A stretch of DNA of 64,000 nucleotides from IMG/VR virus record IMGVR_UViG_3300028829_005735, positions 8,241 through 72,240 of that record; one strand, given 5' to 3'. The stretch is from a virus. The notes beneath the pieces were generated by a model. It saw only the letters and a list, made by a program, of their open reading frames with translations. It was not told the DNA's origin and searched no databases. This document shows positions 49,701 through 59,059 of the stretch, piece by piece; positions within the stretch are counted from its first letter, which is position 1; each line of letters starts with the position of its first letter. The translations under genes were made by a program, and so were the position numbers.

Positions 49701-49778
49701 CTCTCGTAGTGACTTACTGTTTACTGCAGTTGAAGGTCTTGAAGTAAGGGGTCTATATGCGTTTTCATTAAAGCTCAT
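46749..49778 (-). CDS. low-complexity virion cargo protein
   Basis: 1009 aa, Gln/Gly/acidic-rich with recurring xxGG motifs; TAATG coupling on both sides. Confidence 0.7.
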   Translation of the reverse strand: MSFNENAYRPLTSRPSTAVNSKSLREGEKNNAKTKQKLVTKPQQNFLSLSKTDVMRRPLRKAQNGMQQPAGPEAQIQQIIVAFAQMNQQAPEEIMQSLEGMSSEEQQQAIQQMAQAVQQSQGGGQGQPQMKFGGATHRMPDGTMMPGASHNPNAGAQYAIDNMQGGGIVFDGNTIDFNDVRKNLIKMYKTGGKTDASELDSSSTEAYTTGLKNALQKKLFSGYAMNKVNQRFANGQGAPQFQQLPPQMPMAKDGIEVGPDGVPRWDGTELPQFIKDKYGVETVEELQNMSNYNMIEDPSVENNPEWTDIAVEISKGIWENSDFGKAAMEKGYTFEQTEWSNSPDDLLLDDAGLEKFKTDMAQFTAEAKATAEANQAAIDSVTDMDLQMHNKTREEFDAMTPEEQQNLSRSIGGAAEQAGYTGPTAPPKVDANADITDENVPVVLTPEQEAKKEEERRAALTQEERDAEDQKNAETEYEEGVTYKYVDGKMVAVKDEDPGGDPDAGQANDPDRVKEGWNINGEPQWGMSGRRALNPSFLNAMSNIVNRRQVGVQGSMSPEEFYARQSGISDIDYKSRNGIFGSRERLKISFNPVTGQEELVDEQGNVVETDADGNPVNTEGYNAADAMVTAIDADGNEVQMTQEEAENQGLSHKVNPTQQVNTDAIVTNGLTRKQNRNRAFDTDRSGDIDRWERKEGRKLAGTQRRTERGERRDARKQGRVDRRFGKGWQQSIVDSAGGKPRTATSTKTGEEQIQRGDERGVESNDPSIIINATAGQNDYGNEVDATYNIAEANLRARGIKNPTQAQLNDALDNVEMVRSMSGVAAGEMPPEFRYGGKTGMLEYYIPTSKKGDEVAKFKPLYEYDVDYGAMADVLYEGGSMFNEFLEGMNTVMSPEEERSMQSVDRKFGVVPPSSGDEGLYDRNTGRQLPQDTGADILAGTNRTQGQYGQKGQKFTDDFFGRSSGRLGYGLKHGGLVLAKAGMQVGEELTLTPDQLKMMENLGYKVKQLY

Positions 49779-52700
49779 TATCTAGGAGAGTTTTGAATTT
49801 TAGTATTATTCACAAGCATAATCATTTTCTTATTGCCTGATACAGTACGTCTTAGCAATATACGATTATTGTTGTGTCTTATTTTCTTTCTTTGAAGTTG
49901 ATTCTTATTATAGTTTAAGTTAATAGGATTCAAATTCTTGATGTATCCATTTGGTTCTGTTTCCCATATAGATTCGGTCACCGTAGGACTGAACTCACCT
50001 CTGTCCCTCGTAGTGTCCCAAAATTGATTGAATCGATACTTCTGTTCTACTTTAGAGTAGACGATATCAATTTGGTTCAATCCTACTGCTGGATAATCCT
50101 TGAGAGCTCTTACATCATTCTTTGGTGCAAGGTTCAATCGTAATAATCCGGATACCTGCTCCGAGTTATAAATTACAGCCTCATCAAAGTTAAATTCAAG
50201 AGAATGGAACCTATCTCTACAGTTCTCATCAAATTCGAATACCTGCATGAAGTATTCTACACTTCTCAATGTAGTTACTGCAGGAAGGTTATCTAATTGG
50301 AACTCTATCTCCCATGGATAATCTACACCATAGAAGTTACAGTAGCTGTCACATCTGCTATTATGCCTCCATATACCATCGTCTTTAACTGTAAGGAATG
50401 TATTCTTTCCTGACATAACGAGGTTCGGATGCCAATCGTGGTATGATATCTCCTGCTTATTCTTTGGATCATAACTTATAGTCCATGAGGCATCGTCAAA
50501 ATATCTCGGGTCACCAGTATTCACTCTTGTAATTTTATCTACAAGGAAGATTCCATTCCCTTCGTATTCCATTACATCTACGTATTCGGGTTTAGCACGG
50601 AAATCTCGTTTAGCAAAGTAGACGATTCCCCACTCATTATCGTAGAAGGCCTGACATCCAACACCTGCTATCGTATTATCCAGCAAATCGAAGTCTGGGA
50701 AATCCAATAGTATTTGGTATGGAAGGTATTGATTAAACCAGTGTTGATTATTAAGTAGGCTTACTTCAGTCAAACCTTTACCTACTGTAAATATCTTTCC
50801 TTGAGTTTGGCTAATAAAGAATAGTCCTGCAGGTGTGTTAATTGCACCCTTTCTACTTTGACAAGAACCATATTCAAATTCTTTATCGGTATTGGACACA
50901 CGTTGCATTTGTCTAGCAAATAAACCTCCATCTCCTACGGTGATCTCAGTACCACTTTTCATTTGGAGAGTATCAACTCCCGGATACATACCAGGAGCCA
51001 TGTTTTCAAACAGTAACATAATCCCCGTTTCACTTACGGCTTTGATTGATGTTACTTTACTTGCAAAGTCCTTAAAGTTATTTCCAAGGAACACACTCCA
51101 GTTATCTTTTTTTAATAGAGTCTGTTGTGGTAACGAGTACTGTAGTCGTCTTGGATAATGCTTGAAGCAAGTTTCTGCAAGCGTCGGATCATATTCACGA
51201 TCCTGAGTATTCCCCCATGCGATTTTTGCATAGGGTAGATAATCAACGGAGAGGCTTCTATCTAGTTTATAATAATTTCCAGCTTTGATGTGTCTTGCTC
51301 GGAACATAGTTCTAAGGTCCTGCAATACATCCCAATGCTGAGTCTTAACATCTTCTGCTACCCAATCTCTCATGTCAATGTTAAGGTCGGACTCAATATA
51401 AAAATCTCTTACGCTCGAATGGAATAAATAGATGTATGATTTTTTAACTGTAAATATACCCGATGCTGTATTACCGTAATAATATATCTTATCAAAACAG
51501 TGTCTATCAGAAGGGGTTACTAAATTCTGGAAGAATGTTGTAACAGAACCATTATCCAATGCTTGTTCTAAAGCATCATCTATACTACTTACAAATGCCA
51601 TTACATCAAATGGATCTGTATCCATCCAGAAAGCTGTATGTTGTACAGTATCGTAATTATGGTAATTAAATTCTGCACGGTCGTCTTCGTCAAGCATCCA
51701 TTTATAAAAATGGTAGAATGTATTTTTTTCTTGGTATCGTCCTATGTAAGTATCCCCACCAAATATAGTTTCCGTTTCACTGATAAATAGTCCATCCTCA
51801 TCAAATGCAGGGTGTATACATCCCGTAGGAAGTTGCTGTACGTTCTCTACTTTTCCATATTGGCTACGAAGTCTTGACTTGAATGCAACGTAATGACTCG
51901 AGGCTTGTCTACTGAATTGAACGAATGGGTCATTTCCAGGTAGTTGTGAAACAAGAATGTTATCCATAGTCCCATCTCGTAATCCTCCAACAAGTGTTGC
52001 TACACTTCTAGTTGTTTCAAGTGCTACCGTTTTAATACGAAGCATATTATTGATACGGTGAGTTGTAAGGAAGTTTTGAAGATGACTCTTAAGGTATACA
52101 GACTCCTTTATGATTCGTCTTCTGTTCGGATTATAAGGTGCTCCAAACTTCTCGTATCCACAATAAGCTTGATACTGCAATGCGTGTTGTCTTTCGGTCG
52201 ATGCATTACGAACTATATTAATTAGTAAGTCTGCCCCTTCTCCAATATTTGTCAAGAACATTACTGTATTCTGAATAGCAGCAACTAATGGTGGAACAGC
52301 TGTTTTTTCACCATATCTTGTTTCTGCATTTTCTTCAGTTACACCCGAACCTTCACCACCAGAACTCCAGCTTCCTGCGGCACCGTCTGAAAACCCTTCT
52401 CCTATATCTTGACCGGCCAATGCTGAACCAAAGTTGAATACGTTTTGATTAAGGCTTTCGACAGTATCAAACGAAGTGTCATTAGTTGCTAGAGCAGTAG
52501 CCCCAAGACCTTGGTTAGAACTTACTGCCGTTTGGGAATAAGCATAAAAAAGTGTATTACCACCACCAGATACTTTTGGATATCTATACCATTTTGGCTT
52601 CTTGTATACCTTAGTTCTTTTACCAACTTGTTTTGCAATAGCTAATCCAATACCAACAACAAGTCCTGCATAGAATGTAAGGTCTGTTACGAATACATGC

Positions 52701-54793
52701 TTTGGATGATCTTCAACTTCCAAGTACCCTCCCTCTGCATTTCCATACATTGCTCCATATACTTTAAGCTCCTTCTGTCCTAAGAATGGTTTATAGAAAT
52801 TAGTATCTGGAGAATGAAATGTAAAATGGAAAGGACTTACAGATGTGATTGGTACATACCCTGTATATTGTGAAGTGTTTTGTGAACCTGCTGGTCCGGT
52901 GTTTCCAGTTTGAGGTTCGAAATTAACTTCGAATTGAGAATTAAACCAATCTGGCTGTCCCGTTCCTTGAGGAGTGAGAACAGGATTAAATGGATAGTTA
53001 GGGTACAGCCCTTGACGGTTTGTTCCTAAGTCTTCAGGTATTGTATAATTACGCATGTTATTAATCATACCTTTATACAATACAGTACGGTTTCCGTTAC
53101 GGCTACCTCTCATTATTTCGTATCCAACAATGTTTGGAATTGGAATACCATCATTATCAACTGGTGGTCGAATGTTTTCAAACTTAACCCCCATTATACG
53201 AATAATGTCTTGGTTATTCACATAGTGGTTTGTAATGGTATTACCTGCACCCGGCCCTGCATATAATGTATTCTCTGGAAATTTATGATGACGTATTCTT
53301 TCACCACAAAGGTCGTGATTTGGATCACCTACATCTGACCAAACATGTTCACTTGCGTTCCACACTTCTGGCTTCTTGTCTTCGTAAAATTCATCAGACT
53401 CCCAATATCCCATCTGTCCTTCGGCAACAACCGTTCCTCCATCAGGTAATGGTATGTTAACACCAGACCCATTTGCCGTATTAAACATCTCAAATACCTT
53501 AGAAGTAAGTCCTTGTTGTTGCTCGATGTTATTATCTTCTACAACTAAATAGTCTGCATTCTCATCCATTTGGATACCACCTCCGGGTATTTCATAGAGC
53601 TGAGATGCTCGTCCTGGTATATGGTAACTTGGAGTGAAATCTCCTGTAAGATACCTGAAACGAATATAGTATGCGTATACCTCATCCCTCATGTGACCTA
53701 CGTTACTACCACCTTTTTTGTAATAGTCTTTTGGATATTCCACACATTGCCACTTTGTAGTAATCTGATTAGCCAAAGGTTGGTAGTTGAAATCAAACTT
53801 CCCTGTAATACCAGTACGCATAAGGTACTTTCCTACTGAGAATATTCCTTCTGACCTATCTGCTATAGGATTGGAAACGACCAAATCGTTAGCTGATATC
53901 CCTTCCAATTGTGGATCTATTATGTCAACAGTAACGTTACTTTGATTTGTGCTATACAATCCTAATACTTTAACAGATAGCTTATTTGCAATTTGCTGAA
54001 CAATAACCAATTGGTACTGGTCAAAGTTCTCAGTATCTAAATTATCTACTGTGATGTCCAATGATGCATTTGCTTCATCATTTTCAAAGATGTGAGCAAT
54101 ATTTGATTGTGGAAAGTAATCGGTTACCCTTTGGCTATTTACTGCATAAGCAACGTGGACATAATATGAACCGTTAAATATACTTCCTCCTGCTGGTCCT
54201 CTTTCAATTCTAGGACATGGTGGAGTCATAAATACTTCTAAACGTAACTTATCACAATCTAAATCATCTGTATCCACACACGTAACACATCCTCCCGGTT
54301 CTTCACCGTTGCTGTCAGTACAATCCTGTATCCAAGGGACATCGTTCCTATCAAGAGTTCTGTCGGGGTTTAGGTTGTCCTGCCAATATACCCTATGAGA
54401 GCAATCCCATGTTGGTCGGCTTGAACCGGAAATAGGATGCGTCGTTCTAAATCCGAGACACGGATCGTTAACAATACGAATATAGCTACAATCACTTTCG
54501 TCAAACTCCCCTATCTCACTTCCCGTACCGTCATTACCAGAAAATATCCACCACTTCGTTCCCTCCATGTGAATAGCCTCTATAATTGTATATGGTGCAG
54601 CAGAGCAAAATTCATTAGATGGTTCGTTTCCGATATCCCCTAAATCTCCGATATGTGAATTGTTGATTGCATTTCTGGCATGAGTCCACGACTGTTTATC
54701 CAAGTGATAATCTCGGACATCTGTGTTCATTCCTTTATCAAAACGATTCGAAGATGGTGGAATCCCTTGATTGCTTTGTCGTCTATTTGCCAT
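49778..54793 (-). CDS. tail stabilization (muzzle) protein, P22 gp10-like
   Basis: 1671 aa; KGMNTD...WTHARNA...GNEPSN start, GGDTYIGRY, YGSCQS, SWTISYDP...SYHDWHP, YCNFYG: crAss-like stabilization protein blocks. Confidence 0.8.
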   Translation of the reverse strand: MANRRQSNQGIPPSSNRFDKGMNTDVRDYHLDKQSWTHARNAINNSHIGDLGDIGNEPSNEFCSAAPYTIIEAIHMEGTKWWIFSGNDGTGSEIGEFDESDCSYIRIVNDPCLGFRTTHPISGSSRPTWDCSHRVYWQDNLNPDRTLDRNDVPWIQDCTDSNGEEPGGCVTCVDTDDLDCDKLRLEVFMTPPCPRIERGPAGGSIFNGSYYVHVAYAVNSQRVTDYFPQSNIAHIFENDEANASLDITVDNLDTENFDQYQLVIVQQIANKLSVKVLGLYSTNQSNVTVDIIDPQLEGISANDLVVSNPIADRSEGIFSVGKYLMRTGITGKFDFNYQPLANQITTKWQCVEYPKDYYKKGGSNVGHMRDEVYAYYIRFRYLTGDFTPSYHIPGRASQLYEIPGGGIQMDENADYLVVEDNNIEQQQGLTSKVFEMFNTANGSGVNIPLPDGGTVVAEGQMGYWESDEFYEDKKPEVWNASEHVWSDVGDPNHDLCGERIRHHKFPENTLYAGPGAGNTITNHYVNNQDIIRIMGVKFENIRPPVDNDGIPIPNIVGYEIMRGSRNGNRTVLYKGMINNMRNYTIPEDLGTNRQGLYPNYPFNPVLTPQGTGQPDWFNSQFEVNFEPQTGNTGPAGSQNTSQYTGYVPITSVSPFHFTFHSPDTNFYKPFLGQKELKVYGAMYGNAEGGYLEVEDHPKHVFVTDLTFYAGLVVGIGLAIAKQVGKRTKVYKKPKWYRYPKVSGGGNTLFYAYSQTAVSSNQGLGATALATNDTSFDTVESLNQNVFNFGSALAGQDIGEGFSDGAAGSWSSGGEGSGVTEENAETRYGEKTAVPPLVAAIQNTVMFLTNIGEGADLLINIVRNASTERQHALQYQAYCGYEKFGAPYNPNRRRIIKESVYLKSHLQNFLTTHRINNMLRIKTVALETTRSVATLVGGLRDGTMDNILVSQLPGNDPFVQFSRQASSHYVAFKSRLRSQYGKVENVQQLPTGCIHPAFDEDGLFISETETIFGGDTYIGRYQEKNTFYHFYKWMLDEDDRAEFNYHNYDTVQHTAFWMDTDPFDVMAFVSSIDDALEQALDNGSVTTFFQNLVTPSDRHCFDKIYYYGNTASGIFTVKKSYIYLFHSSVRDFYIESDLNIDMRDWVAEDVKTQHWDVLQDLRTMFRARHIKAGNYYKLDRSLSVDYLPYAKIAWGNTQDREYDPTLAETCFKHYPRRLQYSLPQQTLLKKDNWSVFLGNNFKDFASKVTSIKAVSETGIMLLFENMAPGMYPGVDTLQMKSGTEITVGDGGLFARQMQRVSNTDKEFEYGSCQSRKGAINTPAGLFFISQTQGKIFTVGKGLTEVSLLNNQHWFNQYLPYQILLDFPDFDLLDNTIAGVGCQAFYDNEWGIVYFAKRDFRAKPEYVDVMEYEGNGIFLVDKITRVNTGDPRYFDDASWTISYDPKNKQEISYHDWHPNLVMSGKNTFLTVKDDGIWRHNSRCDSYCNFYGVDYPWEIEFQLDNLPAVTTLRSVEYFMQVFEFDENCRDRFHSLEFNFDEAVIYNSEQVSGLLRLNLAPKNDVRALKDYPAVGLNQIDIVYSKVEQKYRFNQFWDTTRDRGEFSPTVTESIWETEPNGYIKNLNPINLNYNKNQLQRKKIRHNNNRILLRRTVSGNKKMIMLVNNTKIQNSPR

Positions 54794-55731
54794 TACGTGA
54801 ACATTTTATAGTATTTGTTGAACATTGCCTTACGGTTTGCAGACCATACTGCTTTCATCTCACCGTAATCGGGAGTGTTCACAATACTCTTAGCAGCATT
54901 TTTAGAAAGTCTTAGTTTCTGGTCAATACGTTGAACGAAGTTACCATTTACAGTTTCGTTATTACCCATGAGGATCTCAAGTATTCTTTCCTTCATAGCG
55001 TATTCGTAGTACTCGTTAATCATAGGGTGTTCAAGCACAAGCAAATTACCTTCTTTATCCTCCATCATCCCTTGGTAATTGATGTACAACTCTCCAGTCT
55101 TAAATGGAGTGTATACGTACCCATCTCTAATGAAAGCATTATTTGAGGCAAAGTATTTTTTGTTTGGACAGAGAGGGTCAAAGAATTGGTCATCACCTCC
55201 TATTCGAATCCTGTAGAACTGAGTCCACTTCCTTGTGGTCATTCCTACCTTTTGAATAAGCTTCATCTCTTGTCCTTTACAATTAATCCATGTATCACAT
55301 CCACAAGTATCACACCCACAAGGGTCTGGAGCTTGACAAGGATCCGGACATGGATCCGGAGTTGGACAAGGATCGGGTACAGCACAGATTTCAATTTTGT
55401 CAGTACCAGGAAAATATTCAGGAGCATTTAAAGGAACTTCCTCTACGTGAGTTCCCTGAACCATTGGTTCAACTACTGTAAAGTTTCCCAATATGTAAGC
55501 GTAGTTTAAAACTAGGAAGTCATCTGGTAGTTTTGCTCTACCGTGGTCAATCTCAAGAACTTCATTTTTAGTTTGATGGATTCTTAATCCCAAGTCGTAA
55601 CTAACTCTTTTTGCAACTTTAATTAGTTGATGAGGCTTGATTAAATCTTCGAGATTGTATGCTTCGAAATCTCCTTTTACTTCTGAGAGTAATTGGTCGA
55701 ATGTCTTGTATTTTAAATTGCGTTGTGCCAT
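54793..55731 (-). CDS. tail ring/tubular protein with Cys-Pro insert
   Basis: YKTFDQLLSEVKGDF...AKLPDDF...GELYINYQG..ED.EGNLLV..HP.INEYYEYA; position upstream of the stabilization gene. Confidence 0.7.
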   Translation of the reverse strand: MAQRNLKYKTFDQLLSEVKGDFEAYNLEDLIKPHQLIKVAKRVSYDLGLRIHQTKNEVLEIDHGRAKLPDDFLVLNYAYILGNFTVVEPMVQGTHVEEVPLNAPEYFPGTDKIEICAVPDPCPTPDPCPDPCQAPDPCGCDTCGCDTWINCKGQEMKLIQKVGMTTRKWTQFYRIRIGGDDQFFDPLCPNKKYFASNNAFIRDGYVYTPFKTGELYINYQGMMEDKEGNLLVLEHPMINEYYEYAMKERILEILMGNNETVNGNFVQRIDQKLRLSKNAAKSIVNTPDYGEMKAVWSANRKAMFNKYYKMFT

Positions 55732-55735
55732 GTTA

Positions 55736-56407
55736 TTATCTTAATACGTTTTGACCATCATCAGCCCCGTCATCTGGAATCCTCATTGTCATTCCAAACT
55801 CTTGTTCTGCCATTTGCTCTACTTCTGCGAATAGATATTCAGGTAAAGGGAATGGACGTTCCTGCATAGATCTACAGTCGTCATCGTTTAACGTACAAAA
55901 CCCATCAAGTAAGTCTTCCCATAATCCTTCAATCATAATTGCTTCAACATCATTATCGGGCAAATACAAATGTCCATTTCTAAACCAATAGTAATACGTT
56001 TTATTATAATGAAAGCATGTAGAATTTCGTAGTTCAATATACTGAGCTGCAGTAGTTTTTGTAAACGTCTTAGAACCATCAACTGAATATACCTTTCTTA
56101 TTAACGGACCTTTCTTTCCTGTAAATAATTTCGGTAGTTTCTCCTCGGTTCTTTTGATTGTACAATTAGTTTTAATTGGAGCACAGTCGGCTTCGATTTT
56201 ATTTACATCAACCAGATCCACAAACGATAACATTTCAAATAAGTCGTCGTGTCCCATCAACTTCTTTTCGTTTTGTTGACGTTGTAAAATAACCTTTGCG
56301 TATTTTGAGATAATGCTGTATACGAAAACATCTGGAAGAAATGAGTCTTCTTGTGCAGCTTTAATAATCCCCCTTACCCTCGATATTGATTCTCCAATTG
56401 TATTCAT
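55736..56407 (-). CDS. tail ring/tubular protein
   Basis: TIGESISRVR...KRTEEKLPKL...YYWFRNGHLYLP...FPLPEYL pattern of crAss-like ring proteins. Confidence 0.65.
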   Translation of the reverse strand: MNTIGESISRVRGIIKAAQEDSFLPDVFVYSIISKYAKVILQRQQNEKKLMGHDDLFEMLSFVDLVDVNKIEADCAPIKTNCTIKRTEEKLPKLFTGKKGPLIRKVYSVDGSKTFTKTTAAQYIELRNSTCFHYNKTYYYWFRNGHLYLPDNDVEAIMIEGLWEDLLDGFCTLNDDDCRSMQERPFPLPEYLFAEVEQMAEQEFGMTMRIPDDGADDGQNVLR

Positions 56408-56412
56408 CTTAA

Positions 56413-56922
56413 TTACTTTAGCATCGTTTTCAACGTAACATTTTTATTATCAATGAAAATGTATTTTGCCCACTTCTTCTTAAAGATAGTTGACATCCGT
56501 TCTTTAAAGTTACGAGTTGGTTTAAACGTCCATAACATATGATACTTGACATTAGATGTTGCAGAACGTTTTTGGTACATAATTTTACCCAATCTATTAT
56601 CTGTATCCCAATTACCATGATATGTCTTAACTCCAGTTTTATTTGATTCTCCAAAATCAATAATTCTTCTGCGAGACTTTGGAAAAGATGCAACAACAAA
56701 AAGCCCTAGTCTTTCGGGTAGTGCAACACCAAATCTATAATCAATTACTTCGTCAATTATATTGTTATTGAACTGCCTAAGAATAGCATTAAACTCAGAT
56801 AAAATCATATCCTTATACTCAGGATGTTTCTTTTTAAATTCTAGAAATAGAGAGTCACTCATTACGTGAGATGATTTTCTTTTTATTCTTGAACCTTTTA
56901 AGTTTGGAGCTTTATATGTCAT
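56413..56922 (-). CDS. IHF/HU-like basic protein
   Basis: FNAILRQFNNNIIDEVI...VALPERLGLFVV pattern; basic; conserved position upstream of ring genes in crAss-like phages. Confidence 0.65.
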   Translation of the reverse strand: MTYKAPNLKGSRIKRKSSHVMSDSLFLEFKKKHPEYKDMILSEFNAILRQFNNNIIDEVIDYRFGVALPERLGLFVVASFPKSRRRIIDFGESNKTGVKTYHGNWDTDNRLGKIMYQKRSATSNVKYHMLWTFKPTRNFKERMSTIFKKKWAKYIFIDNKNVTLKTMLK

Positions 56923-56925
56923 ACC

Positions 56926-56940
56926 TTAATATAATATACT
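56926..56940 (-). promoter_or_regulatory. candidate phage late-promoter motif
   Basis: AGTATATTATATTAA directly upstream of the IHF-like gene; near-identical ACTATCTTATATTAA at 62220-62234. Confidence 0.4.
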
Positions 56941-56987
56941 GAAAATTAGTGAGCATTACAATTAGATGTCCAACTCAAAAATAGTTA

Positions 56988-57026
56988 AAAACTTCAAAAC
57001 CCCGTCCATTTCTGATCCGGGGTTTT
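56988..57026 (-). terminator. intrinsic terminator
   Basis: minus strand AAAACCCCG...CGGGGTTTT stem followed by GAAGTTTTT, downstream of the collagen gene array. Confidence 0.65.
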
Positions 57027-57070
57027 AGTCAGCCACAAAGAAACCAACCAACTGTGACATCTTAAATATT

Positions 57071-57742
57071 TTATTGGTCTAACTGCTGTAGGAATAATTG
57101 AGCACTCCTAAGTATAGAGCCAGAACCTTTACTTCTAAATTTTAATGATACGGTTTCCCCGTCTTGAAGAGTCACTTTCTTCATAACAGTTCCACACAAA
57201 TTTAATACTGCTTGCCCGAATCTAAACTCTGTAGGATTATCTTCGTCAGTACTAATCTTTCTTGGAGCTGGTGGAGATGCAATCCTTAGAGGAATCCCTG
57301 CAATGGGTGCCACATAGAGAGCATCAAAATTTCCACCTCTTAAATCCCATTTCATAGCATGGTAATAACTAAATGAATCAACTGCCGGATAGACAGTCTT
57401 TACGATAGCCATTTCTACATCTGTACCTACATCATCTGACTCTTCAAGTCCTAAGTCGTAAGCTGATTGAGCTACACCTTGAGCAATAAGAATTATTTGT
57501 GCTCCAGTATTATTTGTCCAACTTAAAATATCATATCCTGCAGGATGATAAAAATTAACTTGGTCAATAGGTTGATCGTCTGTATGCTCATCAAAAAAGT
57601 TGAACTTATTTACAATCCCTGCACCCGTTGGTCCAGCTGGTCCTGGTTCACCTTGAGGGCCTTGAGGTCCAGTTAAACCTCTTTCTCCTTTGGCACTTGA
57701 ACCACAAGAGCATCTATCACATCCGTTTTTACAACCACTCAT
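57071..57742 (-). CDS. collagen-like virion protein with Cys-rich N-terminus
   Basis: MSGCKNGCDRCSCG, 8 GXY triplets, beta-rich C-terminus ending KVTLQDGETVSLKF (C1q/TNF-like). Confidence 0.75.
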   Translation of the reverse strand: MSGCKNGCDRCSCGSSAKGERGLTGPQGPQGEPGPAGPTGAGIVNKFNFFDEHTDDQPIDQVNFYHPAGYDILSWTNNTGAQIILIAQGVAQSAYDLGLEESDDVGTDVEMAIVKTVYPAVDSFSYYHAMKWDLRGGNFDALYVAPIAGIPLRIASPPAPRKISTDEDNPTEFRFGQAVLNLCGTVMKKVTLQDGETVSLKFRSKGSGSILRSAQLFLQQLDQ

Positions 57743-57744
57743 AA

Positions 57745-58281
57745 TTATGCTGTTTCTCTATTAACTAATAAACCGTAGTACAATGAAACGGCTGTAACAC
57801 CAACTGCAGCTTGTGCCCTTACGTCAATTACATCTCCATTAACTAACGGTCCTCTCCATAAGAACGTAAGCTCTCTTGTAAACATCCCGTCTTTTTCATT
57901 TGATCCAAGAATATCTTGCTTGTATACAACTGGATTTCCATTTACGTATAAACCTATGATTACAGGAACGTTTGGATTTATAATTAGAAATCTAGTTAAC
58001 AATGTCAAATGAACTTGATAATCTCCATCTATTGCTACGGTATGGTTTACAATAGGTAACGGTGCCAAGATAGTTTGCCATGCCGTATCCATTGGCCCCG
58101 TAGCAAAGTGATTGAACACAAGTGCACCTGCAGCACCTTGTCCTGCTGGTCCTTGAGGCCCAACATCTCCTTGAGGTCCAACATCTCCTGCTGGTCCTGG
58201 AGCCCCGTCATTACCACGTAGTCCTCGTTCACCTCTCTTAGGTACACAACATCTACTATTTCCACAATTACATTCTGACAT
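57745..58281 (-). CDS. collagen-like virion protein with Cys-rich N-terminus
   Basis: MSECNCGNSRCC, 11 GXY triplets, DGDYQV...LVNGDVIDVRA C1q/BclA-CTD-like head. Confidence 0.75.
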   Translation of the reverse strand: MSECNCGNSRCCVPKRGERGLRGNDGAPGPAGDVGPQGDVGPQGPAGQGAAGALVFNHFATGPMDTAWQTILAPLPIVNHTVAIDGDYQVHLTLLTRFLIINPNVPVIIGLYVNGNPVVYKQDILGSNEKDGMFTRELTFLWRGPLVNGDVIDVRAQAAVGVTAVSLYYGLLVNRETA

Positions 58282-58293
58282 CTTATTTCTTTT

Positions 58294-59058
58294 TTATAAA
58301 ACAGTTGGAAATACACCACCTGCTAAAAGTGCTTTTACTACAACCCATTCTCCATCTCCTGCATATACATATTCTATACAATCACTTCCGTTTGGAGACT
58401 CCCATTTTAAACCAGCTTCTGGAAATGGTGGACCTGTAGGACTACCTAATGCTTTATTTGCAGTAGTACTATTAAATGCTGTTATTTCAACAGAATTCAT
58501 TTGTGCAGAAATACATCTAAGTTTAAATCCAGAAGCCCCTCTAAAACTAATTATTTTACTTCTGTCTCCTAGAGTCGGGGCTGACCCAACATCAATCCTA
58601 CTATAACCGGGGCCAATCTTATCATTCCAATTATTTCTAAATAAACCGGTCATACCTGCACCGCAACCTATACAATCTGTACATCCACTTGGTCCTCCCA
58701 CATCACCTTGACCACAAAAACCACTATAGTACCAATTAGTAAGAGCGTCTACATCAGCTCCATCCGTTCCGTTAGATCCGGGACTACCATCGAGACCATT
58801 TGGACCTTGAGGACCTTGAGGACCTATTGGACCTTGTGCTCCAGTAGAACCTACACCACCTATAACATCATCACCTGCTAACCCTTGATCTCCAATAATC
58901 CCTTGTTCTCCTTGACTACCTTGTTCTCCTTGAGGCCCTGCAATTCCTTGGTTGCCATCAACACCTGGAGCACCATCATCACCTTTGGGTCCAGCAAGTC
59001 CTTGAGGCCCAATTGGACCATCAACACAAGTACACGGTATAGGATTACAGTCGTTCAT
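58294..59058 (-). CDS. collagen-like virion protein
   Basis: start corrected to MNDCNPIPCTC (59058); 17 GXY + VI + 12 GXY; Cys cluster after the collagen region. Confidence 0.75.
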   Translation of the reverse strand: MNDCNPIPCTCVDGPIGPQGLAGPKGDDGAPGVDGNQGIAGPQGEQGSQGEQGIIGDQGLAGDDVIGGVGSTGAQGPIGPQGPQGPNGLDGSPGSNGTDGADVDALTNWYYSGFCGQGDVGGPSGCTDCIGCGAGMTGLFRNNWNDKIGPGYSRIDVGSAPTLGDRSKIISFRGASGFKLRCISAQMNSVEITAFNSTTANKALGSPTGPPFPEAGLKWESPNGSDCIEYVYAGDGEWVVVKALLAGGVFPTVL

Positions 59059-59059
59059 A

